From the NCBI GenBank assembly GCA_951406725.2, contig OX597825.1, positions 6,200,001 to 6,264,000 of the forward strand: a stretch of 64,000 nucleotides of DNA. The letters are read 5' to 3'. Source of the DNA: Octopus vulgaris (taxonomy: Eukaryota). Below, piece by piece: positions 22,971 to 37,665 of the stretch; positions within the stretch are counted from its first letter, which is position 1; each line of letters starts with the position of its first letter. The translations under genes and the position numbers were made by a program. The notes below the pieces were generated by a model. It was not told the DNA's origin and searched no databases. It saw nothing but the letters and a program-made list of their open reading frames with translations.

Positions 22971-25900
22971 GACAGTATCCCTCGCAAGCTGTGCCGTCCA
23001 CCACAGAACCTAAACAAACGCATCAGATATATACAGACTTAGGATGAAAATCTGCCCCACGTTTATCAGAAATATTAATAAGACAATTTAAGGAACTGTG
23101 CTTACAGTGGTAATTTCGTGATACCGAAAATGGCTTCTTGCGTAGTTTTCCTTCTTTTTTCGCCAAGAAAAGACATATACACTTATACTAGAGTCAAGAC
23201 TATTGAAAAGGTTGCAAGACGCAACGAAAATTTTAGGACAATAAAAATAAGAAAAAAGTGGAAATTTTACCGGTGAGTGCGTTAAATAATAAGGCACAAA
23301 AAGAAAACGACTCTCCCCAGACACAACAGAATTATGCTTCAACACACGAACTCATATAAAGAATCTTGCAAACCAAATCCTCAAACGAAACATATACACT
23401 TATTTATCGCAGAAAGATGGTTTTGTGTGAAATTTCGAAGTTTGAGAAAATCTTGCAACGCTTTAATATCAAGATTTAAGTTAAAAAATTTAATTTGCTG
23501 TAAATCAAAATGGAGATATGTATGAATAATTGCTAAATATTCGAGGCGATCATACTTAGGTCATAACTGAACAAACTTTCATTATCAAAATCAAAGGTAG
23601 AGAACTCTTGTGTCTGTGCGATGTAAGGGGAATAATTAAGAGAGTACTGCTGCAATATTGGTTTCAAATTTTTGGTCGAAGACCTTCAGTTTTGAAATAG
23701 GGGGTAAATGAATTACATCGACCTCAGTGCTTAACTGGTACTTATTTTATCGATCCCGAGAGGATGAAAGGCAATATTTAGAACAAAGAACGTATTGTCA
23801 GCAACCACTCAATTATGAAACAGTGGCGTATATTTATATCTTATATTCGATTACGAAATGTGGTATCTTTTAATGTTTCCAGGGAAACACATGAATGTTT
23901 TGTCGTATTTTTCTCTGATGTAATTTCTTTCACTGCTCTTTAATCAGCGACTTGGTCTCTAATCTTACAACTCCTCACTGAGTCATTAAAACTTAAATGT
24001 CTCTGTCCAGACTTCAGGTCGAAATGTTCAAGATATGACAGTTGTTTTCAATTCTAGTTTCGCTCACATGTGAATCGCGAGTTTTTCATGCGTGCAGACC
24101 ACATTTCAGCCAAACAGATCCTTTTGTTCACGTGATAACTAGAACCCTCTGTCAAAAAAGCCCTCAATTACAGTGGCTTTTAAAGCGAAAAAGTAGAGGG
24201 AATTCGTATTTCGTTGTTTTCTCCCATAGCTGCTTTCACTGCTTCAGACTCAAACTAGTGCGATTCTCCGTATAGCTATTTTCACATCTCTTTACCCCAG
24301 CCCGGAGAAGGACGAAGAATCAATACTGCCATACTTAATGGCAGCCATGTGAAAGACCAATCTTATTATCAATTATCTGTCGAAGATCTCCGGCGCCTGT
24401 AAACCACAATGTTCATATAAGATCGACTCTGTATTGCTTGAAGCCTTGTAATAATGTAGCAGTAAATGATATATATATAAATTGACATCAAGTCTTTGTC
24501 ATAACCATTCTACACATATAAGGTATCATATATCCAATTCTCAACCCTCTCATACCCGAGTATATCACTGGTACTCGAGAGATCAGGATTGACAAGATTT
24601 CATAGTGTAACACTGGAAATGGGTTTCAATTTAGACCCCATTTCAAAATCCTACTGAAGACAACTTCGACATTAATCAATAACATTGATTACACGAAACA
24701 ACCCAGTTGTATGCCAAAGAAAGAGAACATTCCAGTAGATTGAGCTTCTATAAAAACAGAAAATATACCTGACACCAGTATATTACTGGTAATTATGGCA
24801 TAATTTCAATGGTTATAACACAATTTGGATGGGTGGTAGCTGCATCATAGCACACAGTTTCGTACCATCTCATGAGTGAGTAGTTAATATGTACGTACCC
24901 GTTGCCAGAGTGGAGGAATATGGCCTAGTGGTTAGAGCAGCGGACTTGCGGTCGAGGGATCGCGGCTTCGAATCTCAGACTGGGTGATGTTTGTGTTTAT
25001 GAGCGAAACACCTCATCTCCATGTGGCTCCAGCAGAAGGTAATGGCGAACTTCTGCTGACTCTTTCGCCACAACTTTCTTTCTCTCTTTCCTTCTGCATC
25101 TTGCAGCTCACCTGCGACGGATCGGTGTTCCGTCCAGGTGGGGAACCTATACACCAAGGAAACCGGGAAACCGGCCTTTATGAGCCAGGCGTGGCTCGAG
25201 AAGGAACAAACAACTCGCTGCCAGGAATGTGTTTAGTATGTAAAATTGAAATACCCAATAATGTTACACCGCTATATTTAGTGACTAATTAATGAATTTG
25301 TGGATAATTAATGAGTTGGATGTGGTGTTGATGAAGGAGCGAGGACTCCTGAAATATCGTATATATACTCGTTACCCAATTGTCATCTTCGATCTCATTG
25401 TTGTTTAGATTCGCCGTACTCGGAAAGGAAACGTCGAAGCAAATCAGAGCTGGATATAATTTCCATAGAAACTTTGTCGAAATAACCTTAACAAGTGTTT
25501 TGATAGCACTGCTAACACAGGAGAACAGCGTTTAATATACTTTGTATTATATTATGGTTGCATAACGAGGTACGATGTCCCCACAAATTATTAACCCCTT
25601 GAGGGATTTGGCAAAGTTCCCTCATATATCGTAATATATCAACGAAGCTTGGTCTGAACGTTTGTAATAGAGCAACCAACCAACCAACCAGCCAGCCAGC
25701 CAACCAACAAACCAGCCAACCAACCAACCAACCAAGCAATCAAGCAAGCAACCAACCAACCAATCATCTCTCCAGCCCTCCATCCTTCCATCTCTCCATC
25801 CATCCGTCCATCCATCTAAACATGTCTGCTCGCTTGTCTGCCTCTTTACCTATTTAACTGTCAATCCGCAAACACACATACACATATAATGCCCGCGGGT

Positions 25901-26020
25901 ATTATATGTGTATATACTTACATGTATTATATATGTATGTACTTACACGTACATACATACCCAAATTCATGTATACCCTGCTGATGTGAATATCTTTTTC
26001 TTGTTTTAGTCGTATTTCGG

Positions 26021-26106
<86 letters not shown>

Positions 26107-26170
26107 TCGCCATGATAGATCGCTAGTCACTACACATTCTTTATTTTCTCTCCTTGTTTCTTTCTGTGTT

Positions 26171-26208
26171 CCTTTTTGTGGAAGAGCGAAGGCTCGAAAC
26201 GTTAAAGG
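26171..26208 (+). ncRNA. Degenerate hammerhead-like motif
   Basis: CCTTT tTGtgGA aGAGC gaag GCTC GAAAC GTT AAAGG; helices intact, CUGANGA core mutated. Confidence 0.4.
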
Positions 26209-26317
26209 CTTTTTCCCTTCCCAACTGTTAAACTAATACATCTACTTGTTGTCTACATACATCACCTATCTTCGTCTTTTGTTTTTTTTTTGTGAATTTT
26301 CTCTCTGTCTGTGTGTC

Positions 26318-26477
<160 letters not shown>

Positions 26478-26611
26478 CTTTCTTATTGAACATAAGAAAG
26501 AACAATAAGAAAGAATTATTTTCGAAATTTTTTCTCTTATGAGGTCTTTCACGCTATCTACCTGATAATTTCTTGTTAAGTTTTCCTTATTAAGAAGTTG
26601 TACTTAATTGC

Positions 26612-26649
<38 letters not shown>

Positions 26650-26650
<1 letters not shown>

Positions 26651-26797
26651 GTGAGGTAAGAAGCTTGCTTCTCGGCCACATGGTTCCAGGTTCAGTCGCA
26701 CTGCGTGGCACCTTGGGAATGTATCTTCAATTATAGTCTCTGGCCGCCCAGAGCCGTGTAAGTGGATTTGGTAGACGGAAACTGAAAGAAGCCCGTC

Positions 26798-26844
<47 letters not shown>

Positions 26845-27085
26845 TGTGTGTGTGTGTGTGTGTGTGTGTTTGTGTCAATGTTTGCCCCACTCCATCGCTT
26901 GACAGCCGATGCTAGTGTGTTTACGTCCCCGTAACTTAGTGGTTCGACAAAAGAAACCGATAAAATAGGTACTAGGCTTACAAAGAATAAGTCCTGGGTC
27001 GATTTGTTCGATTAAAAAACCCTGGAAGGCGGTGCTCCAGCACGGTCGCAGTGAAGGACTGAAATTAGTAAACGAATGAAAGACG
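26650..27085 (+). mobile_element. SINE family A
   Basis: Near full copy. Confidence 0.85.
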
Positions 27086-27137
27086 AAAGGAACACACACA
27101 TACACACGTGTTTGAGTGTGTGTGTGTATCTTATATG

Positions 27138-27184
<47 letters not shown>

Positions 27185-27221
27185 GTATATGTATATATAT
27201 GTATACATACTCACTCATACT

Positions 27222-27427
27222 CATTTACTCATTTACTTGTTTCAGTCTGCGGCCATGCTGGAGCACCGCCTTTAGTCGAGCAAATCGACCCCGGGACTTA
27301 TTCTTTGTAAGCCCAGTACTTATTCTATCGGTCTTTTTTGCCGAACCGCTAAGTGACGGAGACGTAAACACACCAGCATCGGTTGTCAAGCAATGCTAGG
27401 GGGACAAACACAGACACACAAACATAT

Positions 27428-27504
<77 letters not shown>

Positions 27505-27643
27505 TACGAAATCCACTCACAAGTCATTGGTCGGCCCGGGGCTAAAGCAGAAGACACTTGCCCAAGATGCCACGCAGTGGGACTGAACCCGGAACCATGT
27601 GGCTGGTAAGCAAGCTACTTACCACACAGCCACTCCTGTGCCT
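27222..27643 (-). mobile_element. SINE family A (tail-to-tail with previous copy)
   Basis: Near full copy. Confidence 0.85.
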
Positions 27644-27679
27644 ATATATATATATATATATATACAAACACATACACAG

Positions 27680-27973
27680 ATATGAAAATAATTTATTCTC
27701 AAACGCAGAATAACGCCGAGAAGCATAAATAGGATAGAACATCCATATATTGCAGAAAAATTCATTAGCGGCCAGACATGAGACTCGAACTCACCTCTCT
27801 GTAATTACCGGTCAATTGCTTTACCTTTAAGCTAAACTTGATCGGTAATCACAGAAATGTGAGTTCGACTCTCATGTCTGGCCGCTAATGAATTTTTCTG
27901 TAATATATGGATGTTCTATCCTATTTATGCTTCTCAGCATTATTCTGCATTTGAGAATAAATTATTTCCATAT
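27680..27973. repeat. Foldback palindrome (~135-bp arms) with tRNA-like core
   Basis: Arms pair around loop ~27817-27838; A/B-box-like motifs on the minus strand. Confidence 0.88.
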
Positions 27974-28017
27974 TTCTATATTTCATTACATCTCATTGCT
28001 TCGAGAAAGCAAATTTT

Positions 28018-28087
<70 letters not shown>

Positions 28088-28128
28088 TAATTTTATTCGA
28101 CCACGCACGAGCACTCATATAAAAATGA

Positions 28129-28190
<62 letters not shown>

Positions 28191-28229
28191 TAGCCACAAA
28201 AACACCATTCATTAAAAATATACTTTTAA

Positions 28230-28562
28230 TCCCCCTTCGGTCATGAATGACCCTGGGATTGCACCTAGAAAGTTACCCTCCGAGGCAAAAGTCCAGGCAA
28301 GGTTGTTTGTGGAAGACCAGCAGTTGCACATGCATACTAGCCACCTCACTCCACACCACTGATGTTATCCAAGGGAAAGGCAAAGGCCGTTACAGCTTGG
28401 CACCAGAAACGTCGCAACTCATTTCTACAGCTGAGTTAACTGGAGCAACGTGAAATAAAGTGTCTTGCTCAAGAACACAAAAAACGCAGCCCGGTCCGGG
28501 AATCGAACTCACAACCTCACGATCGTAAGCTCGACGCTCTAGCCTCTGAGCCATGTGCCTTT
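28230..28562 (-). mobile_element. SINE family C (tRNA-derived)
   Basis: Head GGCACATGGCTCAGAGGCTAGAGCGTCGAGCTTACGATCGTGAGGTTGTGAGTTCGATTCCC; other copies 19443-19580(-), 63933-64000(+). Confidence 0.85.
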
Positions 28563-29224
28563 ACAAAAAATATACCTACCATTATAGAAATAACCACCCA
28601 TAACGAAACTCAACAACCACTACTACCACCAACACCCACATATTTTATTTTGTCCATTAACCACCGAGAAAAAAAACCTTCTTACACTCGAACAGTAGCT
28701 CACCAACTGATCAAACACATTCATCCATCAAGTCATATGAACGTAAATATATATATATTTTCTTGAAGAAATTTCACCCACCAAAATTCCAAAGAAATAC
28801 ACATTGCTGCACATACACGCATATGAGCGCACGCACATTCCTTCACAGTTACCGTCCATAAGAAGATTGAATGAAGAACAGATGTTTTCGCCAAGCAATA
28901 CTCAACCAAATCATTAAGCTGTAAAAATATCACTTTCATAAGAAATATAGCTAAACGATACACTCTTAATTAGTTTTTCAAGTAAACCCATTCAAAGACA
29001 CTTCAATTAAAACATTCAACTCCCACACAAAGAAAAACAAAACAAATATAAATAAAATGCCATCTTTAAACTCATCAACTAATCATAAATTAATGACATT
29101 TCGCTCAAAACCAATAATTGCAAGAAATACAGAGAGCAAACCGCAGAAATAAGACATTGAGCCAATGAAAAACACGAAAGCAAACCAGTGAAAAAACACA
29201 AGAACTACATCTGACACACACACA

Positions 29225-29262
<38 letters not shown>

Positions 29263-29352
29263 CAAAATTATACACTTATTCATATACGCCCACATATATA
29301 TATGTTTATATATATATATATCTGTGTGTGTGTGTGTGTATATATATATATG

Positions 29353-29479
<127 letters not shown>

Positions 29480-30023
29480 CCATAGGCATATGTACATATA
29501 TACACAAATACACTTTAAAATTTACACACATACACATGTACATACATATATCTATATACATACGCACAAACACACAAATATATGCATATACACACGCACA
29601 AGAGCAACACACACGTATACACACACATTTATAGCTATACGCATGCTGACATACATATATATCCAAATATAAAATAATATACACAGTTAATTTAAGACTA
29701 AATTTGAGAACGAAATTAATTAAAACGAAATAATATAAAATAAAAGATTAAGTGTAAAATATTCAACTGATAGATTAAAATGGTTGATTGGAGTAATAAA
29801 TGAAACGAGGAGAAAGATTTTAAATGGAGAATATAAAATTCACGAACAATTATCCGATGCATAGACAGAGATAAATTCAATACAGTCGTAAATATATGGA
29901 CTAGCATACATATACATATCTATAGATATAAATTTGACATGGGCGATTCTTTCTTGTCTTGGGGTTCGCGGTCAAACGGGTGGGTGGAATTGCGCGAAAA
30001 AATACACAGATGTGTAGAATGAA

Positions 30024-30091
30024 CTATAGCCTCGGGCCGACCAAAGCCTTGTGAGTGGATTTGGTGGACGGAAACTGAAAGAATCCCGTCG

Positions 30092-30174
<83 letters not shown>

Positions 30175-30400
30175 GCGTGTGTATATGTTTGTGTGTCTGT
30201 GTTTGTCCCCCCAACATCGCTTGACAACCGATGCTGGTGTGTTTACGTTTAAGTCCTCGAAACTTAGTGGTTCGGCAAAAGAGACCGAAAGAATAAGTAC
30301 TAGGCTTACAAAGAATAAGTCCTGGGGTCGATTTGTTCGACTAAACGCGGTGCTCAAGCATGGCCACAGTCAAATGACTGAAACAAATAAAAGAGTAAAG
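30024..30400 (+). mobile_element. SINE family A, 5' truncated, internal (ATCT)n
   Basis: Body and tail match. Confidence 0.85.
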
Positions 30401-30555
30401 GCAGAATTTGAACCCGGAACGTCAAGACCGAAATCCTGCTAAGCATTTTTCCCAGCGTGCTAAACATTCTGCCTGCTCGCCGCCTTATCGGATCAAAGTA
30501 TTGTTAATGCAACTGTCTTTCTACATATAACCGCTTATATATCTGCTTTTCTGTC

Positions 30556-30556
<1 letters not shown>

Positions 30557-30586
<30 letters not shown>

Positions 30587-31145
30587 CTACACACACACAT
30601 ACATACATGCATACATACATACATACATGCATGCATACATACATACGCACACACACATACATACTTACATACATACATAATACATACATAAATACATACA
30701 TAACTACGTACGTACATACACACATACATATATGCATACATAATACATACATACATACGTACATACACACACATACATACATACATAATACATACATACA
30801 TACATAATACATACATACATACATACATACGTACATACATACATACATACATAATACATACATACATAAGACATACATACATACATACATACATACATAC
30901 ATACATACATACATGCATGCATGCATGCATACATACAGACGTACAAACATACATACATACATACATACATACATACATACATACATACATACATACATAG
31001 ATGCATACATAATACATACATACATACATACGTGCATACACACATACATACATACAAACATACATACATACATAATACATACATACGTACATACACACAC
31101 ATACATACATACATACATACATACATACATACATACATACATACA

Positions 31146-31173
<28 letters not shown>
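30557..31173. repeat. (TACA)n microsatellite ~620 bp
   Basis: Direct reading. Confidence 0.97.
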
Positions 31174-31176
<3 letters not shown>

Positions 31177-31942
31177 GCTGATAAAAACATATACACTCGC
31201 ATGCTTTCACTCGCGACCACACATAAACACACACGCTATCAAACCTAAGTACACACAAGTAAATAGTTTAGCTTTAAGGCGGCCATATTTTCTCCTCTGT
31301 CTTCCGTTCTGCTGCAAGATCGGTTAATATTTATCTAAAATAACTTTAAATCACCCAAAGACAGAAGAAACTCCTATAAAAATACATAAAGACTTCCTAA
31401 ATACTGCTTGCAATTAAATTACTTGGGCAATTCTCCAAAACTTTGAAATAGACAAACCGTTTCTTTAGTATCAACAGACATTTGTATATTGTTTTAGATT
31501 CTACTTCGAGTCTCAATCAAAATCGTTTTAGAAGAATTTGTCATTAGCATCGGATTCGAATTACTTTGATTTAATGCCATGCAATTTTCCCAAATACCTC
31601 TTCAAAATGTTTGCATTCAAATCTACATCTTGGCTACCAATGTAGACGTATGAAGTTCTATTTTAGTTGAAAATATTCCAGTCTCTATTGAACAACAACA
31701 TCATTTATAACTTTCAAAAGTGTTGTATGTAAGAATTAACACGAACTATCATATTTCTGTTGTTTTATATTGTCAAGTGTCTATCAAACCATTCATTGTA
31801 GCAGGCGTCTTGACGAGAGAACTTAGAATTGAAGGATTCCGGTTCACAATAGATTTTCGTTTTGAATTCTTTTCATTCCATCCTCTTAAGACAATTCTCC
31901 CTTTAAATCTCTATATATTACACAAAGAATATGTGTGTGTGT

Positions 31943-31994
<52 letters not shown>

Positions 31995-32553
31995 GTAGTA
32001 CGTATGCATTTCTAGAGTTTTCAACCAATTTTCACCAGACTTCACACACACATTACTCATGTGCCAAGGATGGTCATGCACTATAACATGTTGCCCAGAG
32101 CTCCTGCGTAAAGCGAGAAACCGGGGGAAAAGGTGTTTTACACGGGTTTTTTTTCTAAAAAATTCTGCAGTTTTCAACCGATTATCTCCCTTTTCTCTCT
32201 CTTTCTCTTTTCTCTCTCTTTCTCTCATTCTTTGTTTCTCTTGCTTACACATATTCTTTCTCACCCTCTGTAATAGTTCCTTTCTTTTAGTCTATGTCTG
32301 TTTCTTACTCTCTCTGTCTCTTCAACTCACACGCTTACTAACTTTTGTCTACAAACTGTTCATAAAACAGTAAAGTGAAAAATTAGAAGAAGGTTTGATT
32401 AAACATTCTAATTCAACAACCAATTCATTTCAAGCCTTTACTGAATGTCAAAGTGAATTATAGGGACCTCAGCTTTCCAGAGATTTGGTAGAGCTTGTAA
32501 CATATGATATGTTAGTCACAGCTAGACATATGGTGACCTACCAGCGTTTAAAT

Positions 32554-32870
32554 AAGGGGTTCTCAACCATTTTTAATCTATGGACCCCCGTAGTCATTCA
32601 ATGTTGAAATTCTAGTTCTATAGAAACTTTTTTGAAAATTTCTATTTTGTTTTTCACACATTAACTTGTGAGGTTTGAACCGTGTAAAATGTTAGAGAAA
32701 GAAACCCAGCTGTTTCTTGCAATACATACCATTACATACATCTAAAGTAATTTTTTTCAGGAGCCCTTAAAATACTATTGAGGATCCCCAATTTACTATT
32801 TTATTATGCAGACCCCCAAAGTTTCATGTGGTGTCTTAGGGGCCATATGAACCCCCGTTGAGATCCACTG
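32554..32870. mobile_element. hAT (Charlie-like) MITE
   Basis: Ends aAGGGGTTCTCAAC / GTTGAGATCCACTG; 8-bp TSD gtttaaat/gtttgaat. Confidence 0.7.
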
Positions 32871-32924
32871 GTTTGAATGATCAGTTCGAGCAGAGCTAGC
32901 TCGGCACAAAACAACAACTAGTAC

Positions 32925-32956
<32 letters not shown>

Positions 32957-33009
32957 TTGCTGCTGCTGCTGTTGCTGCTGCTGCTGTTGCTGCTGCTGCT
33001 GTTGCTGTT

Positions 33010-33374
33010 GAGCGAACGGTCTTCGTCCCAGAGCTCGCAAGATGGGAGAAGTCCGAAACGTGGTCCTTTGCTATTTGTAAGACCCGCAGAGGAGAAAGCA
33101 GGTCAACCCCCGACACCAAGAGCATCGATGGATGGATGAATGCGCATCCAGGCTCAGCGGTTGCATAGGAAGTCGGGGGACAAGAAACAGGAAGAAAGAG
33201 TGAGAGAAAGTTGGGGCGAAAGTGTACAACGGGTCGCCACCAACCCCTGCCGGAGCCTCGTGGAGCTTTAGGTGTTCTCGCTCAATAAACACACACAACA
33301 CTCGGTCTGGGAATCGAAACCGCGATCCTCCGACTGCGAGTTCGCTGCCCTAACCATTGGGCCATTGCACCTCC
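33010..33374 (-). mobile_element. SINE family D (tRNA-derived) with (CAG/CAA)n tail; related head at ~24913-25215(+)
   Basis: Head GGAGGTGCAATGGCCCAATGGTTAGGGCAGCGAACTCGCAGTCGGAGGATCGCGGTTTCGATTCCC. Confidence 0.75.
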
Positions 33375-33456
33375 TGCTGCTGCTACAGCTATAAAGTTTC
33401 TCGGAAAATCGAGACGATATCCTACTTTTACTGCCTGTTAGAACAATATCACTGGA

Positions 33457-33833
33457 CTAGCAGTATCGCCCGGCGTTGCACGGGTTTGTTTCGACCCTTT
33501 AGAATTGGAATTTTTGAAAAGTAAAACTTTTGCATCATGTAGCTTGTTATTCTTTTTAAGTGAACATTTTTCTGGTTGAAATACACCGAAAAATGGCGAC
33601 ACAGCAGTGAAAAAATCGTAAAAAATAGAAAAAAAACACCTTTTTGATGTAAATAGTTTTTGGTGTTAACATGGTCCGATTTGAATTTTTTCTTCTGCGG
33701 AAGGAAGAGCAATCCTTCTATCATACTCTCAATTTTGGTCAACTTGCGCCGCAGGGTCTCGGAGGAGATAGTGTTAGTTGAAGGCTATCAAACCTGCCAT
33801 ACACAGACAACTCCAGCTTTATATATAGAGAGA
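33457..33833 (-). mobile_element. Non-autonomous Helitron
   Basis: Minus strand A|TCTCTCTATATATAAAG ... CCCGTGCAACGCCGGG hairpin CGATACTG CTAG|T. Confidence 0.85.
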
Positions 33834-34829
33834 TTGACAACAGTAATATTTCAAAATTAATTAAACACTATTTTGTACACCAGTTTCCACGACAAGATAC
33901 GGCAACATAACATAAGCAAGAAAAATATTTCCATGCTTTGTTTTCGGAGGAAGATAATTATAACATGTGCGTCACAATGTGAGTCGACTTCAAGAAACCA
34001 GATCGGTAAAGCGATATATTATTTTCTTAAAAACGAGAGATAAAAATATTCAGTAAATTTGGCCAGAAGAATTCACATTCTTTCTTTCATTCCATTTCAT
34101 AATTAAAACTTATTTCTTGAAAGAATAATGGCTGATATATTTCCTTCTATTTAATTATCATCATTTTTCTATTTTATATGGTATTATTTGAGTATTAGTG
34201 CTTTAGACATGATTATTCTGTCCAAAAAAGAAATAATGAATATATATTTTCCTAGTTCTAAGATTAGGAAAATATATTTTCCAAAAATATTGAAATATAT
34301 ACGAATATTTACATATGTGAAAATATATATATATTTTTTGTTTCCTGGATTATGCGTTGCATTATTTTAGACATTGTAGGTTTATGTTACTTTATAGAAG
34401 CAAATATAGGAAAAAGTAGCAAAAGTATTAATTCCTTATCGAAATAAAACCATTTCTTAAAAAAATTCTGAAGTTTAACTCTCGGCAAATGAACAAATAT
34501 GTTAGGCTACCGACCAAAGATCTGCGCATCTACCAAATGCATGCAGCAGCCCTCAATAAAATATATTACAAGTACTTGTTCACTTAAGTACCACCACCAA
34601 CAACAACAACACCACCACTACTACTGCTCCTACTACTACCACTGCTATCAGCATTACCAACATCAACACCACTACTTCACTTCCACCACTTCCTCCTCAC
34701 CTTCTCCTCCTCCGCTTCCGCTCCTTCTACCTCTTCCTCCTCCTCCTACTGATACTGCTACTACTACTACTGCTACTACTACTACTACTATTACTACTAC
34801 AACTGCTACTACTGCTACTGCTGCTGCTG

Positions 34830-34897
<68 letters not shown>

Positions 34898-35212
34898 GCC
34901 GCAGCTGCCGCCTCTTGAAGTAAATCTTAACGCTGGAGTCGGCCGATAGCCGGATCCGTTCGACACGTGATAACAGCCGTTCGACATAAATCTAGGTTAG
35001 TAATGCTCAGACATGAACAAGTGCAGGCAAAATGATTTATTCCCCCGAGCACAATAAATGTAGATTTGGACAGAGGGTGGTACGGTGAGTGGAACAGTAA
35101 AAATATGCAAGACTTTTCTCAAGTTCCAAATGTGAATTTGTCTGTGTTAACTACATCCCAAAGATGAAGCCTTGTATCTTTGTTGGAAAACGGTTCCCTC
35201 CTCAGTGGAAAA

Positions 35213-35606
35213 TCTTTATATATAAAAGTGAAGTTGCGTGTCTGTCTCTTACGATTTAGATTTCTAACTACTCCCACATTTTGCGGTGCTGTGTAACCAA
35301 AAGCGGGTATCTTATAGTCGTGATTCATATCGAGCCCTTCTGGGTATTAGCGCGCGTCTAAAATGAGTCTACAATTAAAAAAAAAATTACCATCATTTTT
35401 TCCCATTTTTAATGCATTTTTTTGCTATTATATAAGGGAAGTAACTCTCTAAAAATGTATTATTAAATCTCAGAACGTAAAAAGCTACAGTAACACCCCC
35501 CTTTGTGGTTAGCCATATTGAGATGGCTATTATACTTTACATCTCTAAAAATGCTTATATAGTTATTTCCCTTACAAACCCGAGCAACGCCGGGCGATAC
35601 TGCTAG
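35213..35606 (+). mobile_element. Non-autonomous Helitron
   Basis: A|TCTTTATATATAAAAG ... CCCGAGCAACGCCGGG hairpin CGATACTG CTAG|T: canonical TC/CTAG ends at an A^T site. Confidence 0.88.
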
Positions 35607-37086
35607 TTTATAATAATTAAAAAAATCGAAGAGACGTACATACATAGATGCAGACACTTGGCAGTGCGTATCAACGACTCATCCACCGTACCAACTCAAC
35701 TACATATTTATAAACACCAGGAATTCTCTCAACTCAAAATGTCTGTTGGTGACCGTCTTGAACTGTCTTAAGAAGCACTAAAATAAAACTCAAAGGCAAA
35801 ACATATAAGACACAACAGTTCCTTTATCTGTTGTATGGAACATCCTTTCTGTATATATATTCCAATAGTTTACTTTGTGAGATGTCATTTTCTCAATTCA
35901 AAAGCCTTCTATTTGGAAGTGTGTAATGTCATGATGACTCGTAAATTTCCAGAAATAGATAAATTCAAATGCTAAATCGAAAGCAACGTCAATACCATTT
36001 TCGTTACATAGAAACATTTGTTGATTTTCCGCTTTTTAAAGCCGATATTAGCTTCCCGTTTATATATTTTTTTCTTCCAATGCTTTAATCGAGTATTATC
36101 TGTTTTCTATTTACGAACTCTGAGCGGGATTTTTTTTTTTTTTTTCATATATTTCGTTTGTGAAAGCAAAATAAGTTTTCATGTTTCAAGAAACAGAATG
36201 CCTTTCCTGCCGCCGAATAATAAAATATCTTTATTAAAAGATTCTGGATTTCTTCTGACACATGTTCAAACATTCATATCTTCGAGGACTGATATCTATC
36301 TATGTATTTATCCCTCGCCTTTCTTTCTTTCTTTCTTTCTTTCTTTCTGTGTGTGTGCGTGCGCGTGTGTGTATGTATTTGTTTGTCTGTCTGTCTTTGG
36401 TTATTTATCAAATCATAAAAATTCGTGTCTAGCTAAAAGAGAAGAGACTTCATTGGTCTTTTGATAACGAGGTAGTTGGTTTCTTGATGCACACACACAC
36501 AAACCACCTTCTGTCGGGGTTAAAGTTTGCATAGTGTTACGGTAAAAAAACTCAAAAAACAACGATTCTTTCTACTATAGACACAAAACCGGAAATTTGT
36601 GAGGAAGGGAGCTAGTCAATTATATCGACCCCAGTCATCGACTGGTACTTATTTTATCGATGAAAAGCAAAGTGGACCTCAGCGGAATTTGAACTTATAA
36701 CGTAATGACAGACAAAAAGCCGCTAAGTATTCTGTCCGCTGTGCTAACGATTCTGCCAGTTCGCCACCCTCCAAAGCACGGGAGGACGACAAAGGACCTT
36801 ACGGAAAACAAGAAGAAAAAAAAAAACCCGGTGAGTTTTTATATTTCCAAGCATTTCTTGATCCATCTATGTTGAAGACAGTCAAGTAGTTTTTGTAATC
36901 AATCAAGCAATAAAAATATTTTTGTGTCGTTTGTGGTAATTCTCAAGAATAACTTTATTGACTAAAAGTCGATCATCACAACGAAATGGGCCACGTTTAT
37001 AGCCTTTTTGTTCCTTAGGGAAATATCTTGTTTTCCATCTGGAAGATATATGTTTATACTGTAATGGTGGATGTTACTATTTTGTA

Positions 37087-37665
37087 TTGGGTTGTCCGGA
37101 AAGTTCGTGCCGATTTATATCAGTTTACATTTCGACTTATTTTAGAACATGGTTGAGTCCATAAAATAGGATTTGACTACACCTCCATGTAAAGCGCAGT
37201 TTAAGCTATCTTTTCATGGAAGAAGGTTTATGTTCCTATAAACTGTGTTAATTCTGTAACCCTTTAAAATGGAAGATAAGAAAGTTCATTTTCGGCACTT
37301 GATGTTTTGGGAACCAGACAGAAATTGCTGCAGCTCGGCTGGGATGTGTTGCCCCACCCTCCATATTCACCAGATATTGCTCCTTCGGATTTCCACTTAT
37401 TCAGGTTTCTGCAGAATAGTCTTAATGGTAAAAATTTCAATTCCTTGAATGACATAAAAAGATACCTTGACGAATTCTTTGCCATGAAACCACGTCAATT
37501 CTGGGAAGAGGGTATTTTCAAGTTAAAAGAAATTATTAAAAGAAAGATGGAGACGCATTGTGTAACAAAATGGTTCGTATTTGGTTGATTAAAAATGTAA
37601 TGGCAAGTATTTATTGACCTTTTTCTTTCCCTTAAAAATCGGCACGAACTTTCCGGACAACCCAC
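37087..37665 (+). mobile_element. Internally deleted mariner (DD34D) transposon
   Basis: TA TSD; ~30-bp TIR TTGGGTTGTCCGGAAAGTTCGTGCCGATTT; N-terminal MEDKKVHFRHLM joined to LGWDVLPHPPYSPDIAPSDFHLF. Confidence 0.92.

Noticed and set aside
28480-28562. SINE heads (families C, D) as tRNA genes
   Set aside because: No proper acceptor stem; they continue into multi-copy SINE bodies
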